DNA of 59,968 nt, the filler included, from Dimargaris cristalligena (taxonomy: Eukaryota), in assembly GCA_003614675.1 (NCBI GenBank). It is 11 parts of 11 records of this genome, joined end to end, with 100 filler letters (N's around TTAATTAATTAA, not from the genome) between each part and the next. Parts side by side here need not be neighbours in the genome. Positions count along the whole stretch, not along the records: positions 49,203 to 54,537 come from ML003646.1; positions 54,638 to 59,968 come from ML003647.1; 9 more parts are not named here. One strand, 5' to 3'. Shown here piece by piece: positions 49,489 to 59,968 of the stretch (the first letter of the stretch is position 1; each line of letters starts with the position of its first letter). The notes under the pieces are model-generated. The model was given only the letters and a program-made list of their open reading frames with translations. It was not told the DNA's origin and did no database searches. Made by a program: the position numbers and the translations under genes.

Positions 49489-51376
49489 TTAAAAATACTC
49501 TGGTACTTCGAATGGTTCGCTCCAAAGTTGATCTATATGGACGTATCTGTTACTGTTTTCTGCTGGACGAGAAGCAGCGTAGGCAATTGATCGAAGAGAA
49601 TGGAAGTACACCGGGTCCAAATCACGCGAAACAACCGTTGAGTCAAATACATCAGTGACCCACGGGTCAGGGTTATTCAGATTTTTAGTCCAGGGTACCC
49701 AATTGGAGGAGTCTGGCATGTTAGTCTGAGGGAAAGTTGATGTCAAGACGGATATAGTCATTTGGTTATTGTCCGTAATAACTAGTTGACGCATGGCGGG
49801 GAGTAGGCCGAAGCCAAAAAGGTCTTCATCAGCCCTTTGGTCGCAGTTCCACTTGTGACTCAGCATTTCGGCGCCTTGGGGTAGCCCCATATCCCGCATG
49901 TTCTTAGCCAGAATGCACTGATTGGTGTCAAGATCATCCGAGAGTTTCTGGGCTCGCTCCGTGGTATAGAAATCACCTAATGCATCAAGGGCAGGGGTTT
50001 GGCGGGCTACAGCCGCCAAAACAATGGAAAATTCAACCATACCCAAAAATAAAAGGGAGGTGTTGATACACTCGGGCCATGTAGTCATGACTTGTTCCAG
50101 TCCGAGAATGAAGGCTTGCAAAACATCGAACCGGTTGGTCGTGCCCAACCGGGCCATAATGATGGCCACAATATCGCTATACAGTGCCACAAACCAATGG
50201 GACCATTTACTTTCACCCGCGCTGGTTGCTGTACCCCCAATGGCTAAATTATTCATTCGTTGGAGGTCCGAGGCGGACCAGCCATGTCGCACTAGCGTGC
50301 TAATCATTGGGCCAGTTAGAGTACGAAGCACCTCCAAAACAAGGGTGCCATTGGCCTGAGAATCCACTAGATCTAGCAGGGGCAATTGGGTAGCCAGCAC
50401 CTGAGGTGATAAATGAGCAGGGTTGACGAGCCGCCAAGCACTCAGTTGCATAATGGGGTCGGCCTGATTAGTCTTTAAAAATTGGTAATAGGCATAGACC
50501 GCGGACTGGTCCACTATACCATAATGCGCAGGCGATTCCCGAGTAATTATTGCCGTTTCTTTCCAGTTGTCGTGGATCATTTGTAGTAGGCTGCTGTCGT
50601 AGTGATGGCGGAGGAGTCGCTGCCAGGATAAACTCACATGCCGGGCCATTTGATCAATTGGTACTCCCGCGCCAATATGGTCAAGCCCTTTTTGAAGGGC
50701 TAGGTATGGCTTCTATTCATTGATGAATCATTCAAGGGTCCGTGGGTTAAATTGCAGGATTTGGATGTGATTATTATACATATTCAACGGCGGGGAGTAT
50801 ATGGCGGTGATCTATAGTGATCCACAATCGCACTGTACAATTATATACTTGGTAGTTTCTTTGTTTGTACGAAATGTGACTTACTTTCATTAATTTAGTT
50901 AGGTGCTCATTCACTAGTTTCGAAAACAAGCTCGATGTTAGCGAGAGTTGGCCCAAAGTGACGGGGTCAGCAACTTCCACAATCAAGTGGAGTGGCTCGA
51001 CAGGAATGGTCGCTAATGTATGTACCGGACCCAGCTTTCGTCGTTTTGCAGATTCAACCACATGTCCGTGGCCCCTTTCTGGATTTCCTTCACTGACCTT
51101 TACTTCATGGTCAATTAGGAAAGATCCCTCAACAGGGCTCTCGAGGTGCCTTTTGGTACTTGTGTTCACAGTGTTGAAGGTGGCGGCGTCATGAGTCTCC
51201 GTCTGACTATGTTGCTGGGGATACAGCCCATTGAGGGGCTGATCGAAAACTGTATTTAGGGAAAGGTCAGGTGAGGGGCCAGATGCGGGAGCGAGCGCGA
51301 CTCTCGGCAGGTGATAGGTGAGCGAAAGACAAAGCGCGAGCCAGCCAAAGTGGTTTACTTTCCTTGAGATACACAT
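49489..51376 (-). CDS. Putative secreted F-box-like protein, 2 exons (possibly a pseudogene)
   Basis: Exon 1 51376-50885 (signal peptide, KRRK, F-box-like aa 121-159) ends at GTAAGT, phase 0. Exon 2 is in frame with ORF 50649-49489, starting either at 50811 (leaves TGA 50730 and TAG 50715) or at 50712 (intact). Confidence 0.6.
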
Positions 51377-52894
51377 AGTATAGGATAAGTGGCGGTTGAT
51401 TTTGCATCAAGTAAGGGTTAAGGGATCGATACAATCAAACTTGGGGAAAGTGGACGGATACTGGATGGGAAACGCTCTACTTACAAAAACTAGATAACTT
51501 CTGTCAGGCTATAAGAAGAAACACGGATGAGAGCGGCAAAATAACGTATATATCTAAAAAAAATTCACCGTTCGGCAGCACTAATGGGATTAGTGAACAG
51601 CTCACATATTCTGGGGTAACGATGCAACCCACTCTTTATAGCCGCCTATAGTCGGTCAATGGGTTGGTCAATCGGTGAAAACCATATGGGGAAGACATGA
51701 AAATGAGGAGCGAAATTTCTGCATGTGACAGAATTTCTTGCCTGCGCTTATCCATCATTGTTGTCTTATTATTATTATATATTTGATTTTAAAAGAGATC
51801 TTAATTGGCCGACAGGGCAAGGCCCACCACGAAAGGATCAAGTGACAAATGCAAGTAGGACAATGAATGAAGTGTGGCCAACATCACAGTGGCCATTTTG
51901 GAATGATCTTTACGATTATACAATAGTTGGGGTCTTATAATCGATCTTGGAAAAAAAATGAATACATATTTTTGGTACAACCTTGATTACTATTGGCGAT
52001 TGAAATACTATGGCGAGACCACCAAGTCACCAACTTGACGGGGCTACATTTAAGCGATGCGAAGGCCTATGGCAAACGCAAATCGCCGAGCTCGTATGGG
52101 CTACACTGAGGCTGTGATGTCCAACCCAAGGAAAAGCCATAATTCTACATACTGTCTATGCATACTGAATGAGTGAAAACAAGGATCCTTGCCGATTTCC
52201 TGACTCGCCCTAACATTTAATTTGTATCAATCATGGTCACCAGTCCAAATGGGGGTATTGCATGCGCCATGTCGAGTAAACCGCGAAGTTGTTTGCTACC
52301 AGTCACTGATACCATTATTAAATTTATTCCGAAAGCTGGAGGGGTTGGCGGGAAATTGAATGGAAGGGCATGTCCACCTTGTAGCTGGTCATTAGGCCGC
52401 ATTAAACTACTAGTATGTGGGAAAGGAATGGGGCAGTTTAAACAAATGATATGATTCTAGGTAAACAGGTTAATGGACATTCACAGCGTAAACTATGCAA
52501 ACGTATCAATTGAACATGATCGGGGCTTCGTCCAATTATATTAGTTAAACTATTGGGGTACACTAAATATATTCCATCATATGGTCGCGTGCATAGTGAT
52601 ATATAGATCTCAACCTTCACATGATAGGGTCCAATGGAGATGAACAACCCCATGGTTTTTCCATTTATTTTGTCTCATAGGGAATGTGCACTAACCGGTG
52701 CCATTTAAGGATACCACTGATATCACAATGCTCGAATAATGAAAATGATGGACATATGTTCCCCAGAGGAGATATTCATTACTGGTAGTTCTTCAATAAC
52801 ACACTTCAAATACTCTTAACTAAAATACATATTAATATGACTGGTGTATAGATGGCCTCATTTTGGACATGCTATTCACCCCAGTATCAATACC

Positions 52895-53800
52895 TATCAG
52901 CCCTCCTAATCTGACTTAATCTGGACTTAATGATCATCCATCCTTATTAGGCCTTATAGTGCCATATTAACCCTCCCATAGTCATCCCCAGTACTATGGG
53001 ATTGTCATCTATTATATAACCCTTATCCTTCTGACCCCAACACTTCACACCAAACACCCAACCCACTGGTCCAGATGACTCTTCTGGTTCTCATGAAAGT
53101 CTTCCAGATATGAAGCTATCTAGTCAGATTCTTTATCTACCTATACTGCAACTGGGGGAGGCATCCACCACTCATAGGTGAGAGGTCAATCCTCCCCACA
53201 GTACATGGTACTCAAGTAAGGAGGAACCAAAGGACCATGCCACAACTCATCTATCCCCTGCCATAGAGGAAGATAGCCCCACCCCAACGGCACAAGAACC
53301 ACATCTTATCCCAAAGGAATAATATAGGCTGCCCTGAGTGGCAGACCAGGATCCTGTGTCTTTCAATAAAATAATTATTATCTACTTTATTTTGTTTAGT
53401 TATTTGCCCTACTTAGCTTTAGTCATTTATACAGTTCTCTGGCCCCACTCAGCTTAATCAGTTACAATACCTTAGTCTTAGTAGCATTCCCCTTGGGACC
53501 TCCTGCTAGAGCTATCCCCATGTATATACAACTGGGCCCCACTGGGACCAGTTCAATTCTTTAGCTTATTATTACCCCCTAGTTTACCCCAATAAACTCT
53601 ATATACACTCACCCCCTTGTACTAACTAGTAAGTGTACCCACTGCACATCCCTTGCATTTGCCTGCATTTATCCTTTATTAGCTAGTACTACACCCACCT
53701 TAATACTAATAGGCCACTTGGCCAAGCCTAAGCCCCACCTACCATTAAAAGCCTATCCTTAGGACTCTTGACAGACTAAGAGTGGTTAACCTGGGTGACA
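52895..53800 (+). mobile_element. LTR family B solo LTR, 906 bp, with 5-bp TSD
   Basis: TATCAGCCC (consensus TGTCGGCCC)...GGGTGACA, flanked by ATACC at 52890-52894 and 53801-53805. TATA-like and AATAAA motifs; almost no CpG. Confidence 0.85.
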
Positions 53801-54032
53801 ATACCCTTTATATTTATTACAGATCTCTCCCATTAGTCAATAGATCCACAAAAAATTAAACCAAAAGGGTTGTTAAGTCTTTGGGGTTTAGAAGGGTGGA
53901 TGAGCTTAGTGGTGGGTGAAAAAAAGGGACATTATAATGTTTATCAGTTATTTAGTGAAATTAGCACTATGAATTATATGAGATAATGGGTAGATACATA
54001 TTAGTAAATGGATTATGCTATATAATAATATT

Positions 54033-54130
54033 TGTCGGCCCTTCTAATCTACCTTAATCCAGATAAAGTGATGGTCTATCCTGACTCCAGCAATATAGCA
54101 CCATATGTAACTTCCCATAGTTTCCCCCCT
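54033..54130 (+). repeat. LTR family B, 5' end fragment
   Basis: TGTCGGCCCTTCTAATCTACCTTAATCCAGA aligns to 52895 onward. Confidence 0.7.
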
Positions 54131-54637
54131 GGTGTGGCAAGGTGGACTGTTCCCCTATAGCTACACTTATATTATTATTATTATTATTATTATGCAGGGT
54201 ATGAAGTGGCTTTTTTTTCTGGTATAACCAGTTTTTTCCCTTCCCCTTTAACCCATTCTTTCCATACGAATTTTCCCTTTAATTTCTATATATTTCTATT
54301 AGTTAATCCACCCCTTTCATATAATTGGGTATGCATATTCATGCATGATTATTAGTAGTTCTTTAATTTTATTCCTATACTCTACTTTATTAGTTATACT
54401 TTATGAATTCACCTTTCCTTTTTTATTAGTTATGCAGGTTCACTGTATGCTTACTGGCTTTAATAATTATGTGCATTATACTGAGAATGGCTTGGCATTC
54501 TTAGCCATAGAACCAAAAGTCTTGGCTTTTTTTTGGANNNNNNNNNNNNNNNNNNNNNNNNNNNNNNNNNNNNNNNNNNNNTTAATTAATTAANNNNNNN
54601 NNNNNNNNNNNNNNNNNNNNNNNNNNNNNNNNNNNNN

Positions 54638-57286
54638 TCGACCCCGTCATATTGAAGGGACGAGGAGGTCCGGGGGCTAGTGGTGGTGGCAGACAGGTGG
54701 TTAGAAGTAGCTGAATCAGTGTTCGTTTCGGACAAAGGTAGGGCGCTGTACATGGGGTCAGATACACGCAAGATATCCGACACTAGCAGAATGTAGAGTT
54801 GCACCACCTGCCCCGCCATTTCCTGGCAGCGGGCCTTCTGGGCACTCTGGTCAGCAGGGGGATTACCACCTTGCCAAGTCGCGGGATACCGATGGTCCAT
54901 GAAGATCTTGGCCAATTTCCAAAAGTCGGGCAGGCTGCGGGTCAGGATATCCGAGAGCTGCTTAATAGTCCGGACCGTGGCCTGCCATTTGCGATAATTC
55001 AGGTCCTTACTAAATGTAGCGTCGTATTCCATGGTTTCTTTAAGGGCTAGTACACCCAGGAATTCTTGGTTACGCTTCTGCCACAGAGCGTTGACGGCTA
55101 CCGACATTGCTGACCCGGTACTGTCCACGGGTTTGCCGGAGGATGTCCGGGTCTTTTGCTGGTGGATCAGCTCGAAATTTTCCAGCTTCTGGATATAGGC
55201 CACGTGGACCGACTTAAGTTGGTCAATGGTGTACTCCAACTGGCTCTGAAGGTAATATGTGACGGGGTCGGCGGCGCCCATGGCATCGATTTCCAATACG
55301 TACCCAATCACCTTCTCCTGGGACTCTACCGAACGCCACGGCTGGCTCAAGTGCCTGTAGAGCGCAGCGCGAAGAGTGGCCAGGGTACTCTCCACCTCTA
55401 GCCAAACTTTTTCGATGATGCGTTTGAATGCAGGAGATACTTCGGGTTGAAAGACTTGGTTACCCGAACTTTTGGATTCGGGGGAACTATTAAGCTGGGC
55501 TGCCACTAAAGAGTACTCTCGCAACTGTTCACTTCCTGATCGCTCGCCTCGGGCGGCCGACTGACGGGATTCGATCAAAGAGCGGAATAGCGCTTTTCCC
55601 TTTTTGTACTCTCGAACAGCGACCTCGAATTTCTCCTGTTGGATATAGTCACCCAGACTGCTTGGCAAATTGAAGTAGAACTTGTACCGCTCCACCAAAG
55701 TAAGGGTATTGCGGATTTTTTCCGCCCGGGCCCGACGATGGATGATTGGACTGTACACCTCACTTGCGTAATGGGAAGCTGAGTCAAGGGTTCCATCCAA
55801 GGGAGCGGTTCCGTAGGTATGGTCACTGTCCACATCTTTGGCGCGGATTTCGTTATCCAGCACTGTCATTGACAAGAAAAATTATTGAGATGAAGTGTTT
55901 TAGTTGACGTGAGTCATTGCAACTAGGGAGAGTACATAAATACGAGGGGTAACTATATGGAGTGGGAAGCATTGTAGTTGGTGGCCCTATAAGCTAGTTC
56001 GAGGCCAACGAGCACCGGCAGTAACTTCTGCCTAGGTACCTACCATCAATCTTATTTCGGGCGGCCACGAAACGGTCAAAGTTGTTCTGTACCAGGGTTT
56101 TGAGTGCTTCTGAGCGCTGGTTCACGGCATAGCGCAGATTTTTTAATCCCGTTTCCAGCTCGGGGTAAGGGGTTTCTTTGTGTACTTCGTAGAGGAATTG
56201 GCGGGGGTGGAACTTTCGGTTAGAGGCGGAGAGCTTGGATTCTGAATGTCGAGAGAACCCGTAGAAAAAATTAGAATGTCACAAAGGGATGTGTTGAGTA
56301 CCGGAATGCCATCTCACCAATAACCAGTTGCCAATGTAGTGAGCGGAAAAGTTGGATGCCAAAACAAGGCCTTGTCCAGCGTGCTTAACATGTAGATGAT
56401 CGATTGAAGCCCAAATAATTGGGGAGAAGACGGGTAAACCGAAGTATCCATTGACCTACTCATTTCTCTTTCTTGGGCCAGGAGGTCGGGGTCAGTGTCA
56501 GGCCCTTCGATGACATGGGGAATCGACCTATGTATTTTTTTAGATGGATTCATTGATCGATTATCAAAAGTATAAGGGATTCGTGAGAAGATAGTGGATA
56601 CCACGGAAATTGGCCGAAGGCAGAGGCTCATTCCCGCACTGGACCCGTGGCTATAGAGTCCGCCAATCATACGGCATTTTATGGATAAAAACCGCTTTAA
56701 TAAGGTATCCCAAGGGACGAATTCTCTGGGGATTTAAAGACGTGACAACGACTTACGTGAATACGGACTTCTTAATCCCGAGCGGATCCCAGTCTTTAAT
56801 TTGGTCGGCCATTCGATGAATCTGGAAGTGGAGCCGCTCCGAACCGGAGTGCACGGACTCGGCGGAGTGGGTTTGGACGCTAGTGCGGTCCCCACCAAGT
56901 TGGGGGGTTTCGGGACCCAGGGATTTGCGGTTTCGCGGTGAGCCCTCAGCTTGGCGGTGGTCAACGGGCCATTGTTGCGGCTGAAAGGTATCTAACCCGT
57001 AGAACTTGAGAACTGTATTAAGCGTTACCAAGTGGTATAGCCAGTGGCCCATTTAGGCAATAGTGGGGCTATAGTTAATGGGAGTGCTTAGGTAGGGTCC
57101 GACTAGGAGACAGTAGTGGCAGGAGGGCTCTACTCTCCTTGGCGCCTTGATACAGCCAAACGGGAAACTGGGGTAATGGCAATGCCAGGTTAGCAGGGTA
57201 TGGCCATGACCTGGCCAAGCCAGTCTCATCTGTGGTCGCGGTACATCAGTGTTCCGGGGATACTTACTCTGTTGGTCATCGGACAT
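54638..57286 (-). CDS. SEC5: Exocyst complex component Sec5, 3'-truncated
   Basis: Phase-consistent GT-AG exons 57286-57268, 57012-56757, 56527-56460, 56241-56044 and 55862-54638 give MSDDQQILKFYGL...DWDPLG...FHPRQFLYEVH...LKTLVQNNFDRFVAARNKID...FYFNLPSSL...VREYKKGK. Confidence 0.9.
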
Positions 57287-59302
57287 GCTGGCTTGGTAGG
57301 CACAAATAACTCATATAAAATAGTAAAATGAAAAACGACGGAGAACGTCTACAAGCGAATCGGCAATGAGAGGACAATGGCCATACCCCTTCTAGCGGAG
57401 TGTCCAGGCACTGCTAACCACCATGTCTGGTCAGTGAATAGGGTTACAAGGAAGGGTATCATTTTACCATTGAGAATATCCTGCCTTGGTGGTGGGAGTT
57501 TTTTTTTGGGGGGAGAGTGTTGTTTGGATGAGCCGCTCCTAATAGCCCCTGTTTATGAGCAGATTGGGCTCAGTTATATTAAAAAGGGAATCCTTACTAA
57601 AAGCATATTTCAACCACTATACTCGGTAGCTAGGCGCTTTAAACCCGCCACAGTGTCATTGGGACTATATAGGGGACCTGATAAATTATATACCTGCTGG
57701 GCCCGTGCCAAATGGGAAAGTGGTATTCCCAGCGGAGTCTGTGAAACTTAACTATTATATGCAGCTAATACCAGGATTTGGAGGGCTCACAGTTATGTAA
57801 TGTCCCTTTGCTATTAGTTCTGGGAGTGGATTCATAATTTCGGCGAGTGTTTTTAATAAACATATTATATATCAATTTTCAACATGAAGGGGGATATTAA
57901 AGATAATACCAAATTTGGCAATCTCAGATTTTGGCCTATGGTGAATGGATAAGAGCATGATTAAGAACTTGGTTTATTAGTAGCACTCAATAAGGATCTT
58001 ATAATCCTATTTTCCAATATATCATTCTCCTGGGTAGGAAATCAGTGAGTTTAAGTACTCCACCATCAACTTACCACTTGTCTTTCTTGAAATGATTTTA
58101 TGATTGCTAATACACTGATGGAAACTACATTAGAGAATCACAATCCTTTGATAAAAAGAAAGGGATATCACCATAACTAACTCGCATACTGTGATACTAT
58201 TTTTGAGATTGCCATACATAACACAACTAAAAATAAAATACTAAGAATCATAAAGTGGGATATCAATAGAAATTCCCACAAAATAAGCGTTATTGTATAG
58301 CCTTGGCAGGTATGTTCATTATAAAAGGATCAATACATGAAGCCTCTCATCTTTCTTGTGTTTTATATATATTTACTTGATACAGTTGCTTCTCTGATAA
58401 TTTCCCCCGCCATCTGGTGCACAATGTAGAATAAATGCTGCTGTTTGTAGAAAATACTGGTGGTGACTGCTTTTCCCAAGCTCCATTATCTAATTGTTAT
58501 AATAGGAAATTACTAGATGGCAACACTTGCCAGCCTGTTGACATGGGGACAGGCTCCGACTGGCCATATAACCAGAAATTCGGTTGATGTGGCTGATTTT
58601 ATTAATTAGTCAAATCCCACCTGCTATACTATTCATATTTCCTTCCAAGCATTATACAGTTAAGCTAAATTTCGCCCAAATGAACCCGGTTTGCGGTGTT
58701 CTCTTAAATAGCTGCACGTATCGTGGAACTATCATATCTCTCTTTAGTCAATAACGGGGTTGATTTCATTGGTTGACTGGGCTTAAGAACCCGACTCAAA
58801 GCCGCCAAACACTTGGTTAATTGGGTATTTAATTAGACCGCCTTCATTAGTTAGTACAGATGCCTAATGAGTGGTATGGTATCTATCTAAATATATATTC
58901 GTATGCGGCTTAGAGCATTAATAGAAATGAGTTTGACCCAGGTGACAGCGATAAAAATCATCGGAATTGACGTTAAATTATCGATACACAGGTTATAGCG
59001 GTACGAATTCAAAAAATAAAGACGATCGTTATATACCAATTCGGTTTTCAATACTCTAAAGCTTTTATTTGAAAGGTATGAGGGCAGCCAGTACTAAACC
59101 GGGTTTAAAACGGCCCTTCTGCAGTTTTTTTTTGTCAAACCCAATGTATAATAATTAAAGCACCTAGAGTGGGCCGGTTTCTGAATATATCCTCTCACTA
59201 TATCGCGCATTGACCTAAAAATAACCAAGTGAGGTAATGTGACCCTATAACCCAGTCTCGCCAAACATTAGTTAGCCAAATACTTTAAATCGAGTTGCTT
59301 AT

Positions 59303-59968
59303 TCATTCCGAGGGGATGTCCAGATGCACCAGGGGGGCCACACACCGGGTCCAGATTTCAAACTGGCAGCGGGCTTGTTCAACAAGAACATCCACTCCGT
59401 CTACCCCCCGCCAGCCATGGCGGGCTGCCGCCACTAATAACGGAGTGCGGCGGGGCTTATAGGCCATATCCAAGGCAATACCACCGCCGCCCTTGCCGTT
59501 GCGATGGACGGCGGTGAAGAGGGTATCGGGAAGGTCAATAGCGAAATTCGTGGCGGGCACAGTCGACACGATAAGGGAGACCGCGCCGGCCTCCTCACCC
59601 AAAACCCGTTGAAGGATGGGGTCTTCACCCAACGTAGGGGTCGTTAGAACTCCGACTATGGAGGTGAAGGATCGGACCTGGTCGGCCAATTCCACTGCCC
59701 GACTGGTCGTACGGTTGAACAGAAGGATACGGGCGACACCCAAGCGGTGGAGGGCGTAAATGGCAGCCCGGGCGGTTCCGCCAGCACCGAGCACCAATGC
59801 CGTTTGGTCGGCCCAACCCCGGAGCGAAACCGGGGTGGCCGTGCCGCCGGAGGTGGGTGGCAGCCACTGAGTCCGTTCGATACATTGCTTCATACCACGC
59901 CAGTCGGTATTGTCACCCGCCAGACGTAGAGGGTCGTTAGCGAGACGGTAGATTGTGTTGACATCTAT
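59303..59968 (-). CDS. ARO1: Shikimate dehydrogenase domain, probably the C-terminus of the AROM protein (5'-truncated)
   Basis: VNTI, GDNTDWRG, ALVLGAGGTARAA, FNRT, LDMAYKPRRTPLL, GVDVLVEQARCQFEIWT. A standalone or qutR-type SDH cannot be excluded. Confidence 0.75.
   Translation of the reverse strand: MDVNTIYRLANDPLRLAGDNTDWRGMKQCIERTQWLPPTSGGTATPVSLRGWADQTALVLGAGGTARAAIYALHRLGVARILLFNRTTSRAVELADQVRSFTSIVGVLTTPTLGEDPILQRVLGEEAGAVSLIVSTVPATNFAIDLPDTLFTAVHRNGKGGGGIALDMAYKPRRTPLLVAAARHGWRGVDGVDVLVEQARCQFEIWTRCVAPLVHLDIPSE

Noticed and set aside
40668-50730. Alternative genetic code (TAA/TAG read as Gln) to explain in-frame stops
   Set aside because: PRP8 and PSA1 end at TAA at the expected positions, and long conserved ORFs contain no internal TAA or TAG.
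5409-54637. Regularly spaced TTAATTAATTAA motif as a biological repeat or array
   Set aside because: It is always centred in 100-nt N blocks between size-sorted contigs, so it is an assembly linker.

Overview
Eukaryotic (fungal-type, intron-containing) draft-genome sequence. It is not one locus: eleven unrelated contigs of about 5.3-5.4 kb, in decreasing size order, are joined by artificial 100-nt N44-TTAATTAATTAA-N44 spacers, so adjacency across spacers means nothing. An early-diverging fungus is my inference from gene content, not something the sequence proves. Recognisable genes: a Mms22/Mus7-like gene, the 3' half of PRP8, a PTR2 peptide transporter, an NmrA-like protein, GDP-mannose pyrophosphorylase, a broken SKI3 copy, SEC5, the shikimate-dehydrogenase end of ARO1, two secreted-protein genes and three tRNA genes. 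Highlights: (1) PRP8 carries two tandem LAGLIDADG-type inteins separated by only 32 extein residues, neither at the classic fungal site; both have decayed endonuclease motifs and the first contains a frameshift. (2) A near-complete Ty3/gypsy element has a dUTPase between gag and protease behind a textbook -1 frameshift signal, and related LTR ends sit 11-12 bp upstream of both tRNA-Pro genes, suggesting Pol III-targeted integration. (3) A signal-peptide + NLS + F-box-like gene is a candidate effector. (4) Repeats and duplicated genes show recurrent C-to-T-type nonsense and Arg-loss changes. All family assignments are by motif recognition, without database searches.
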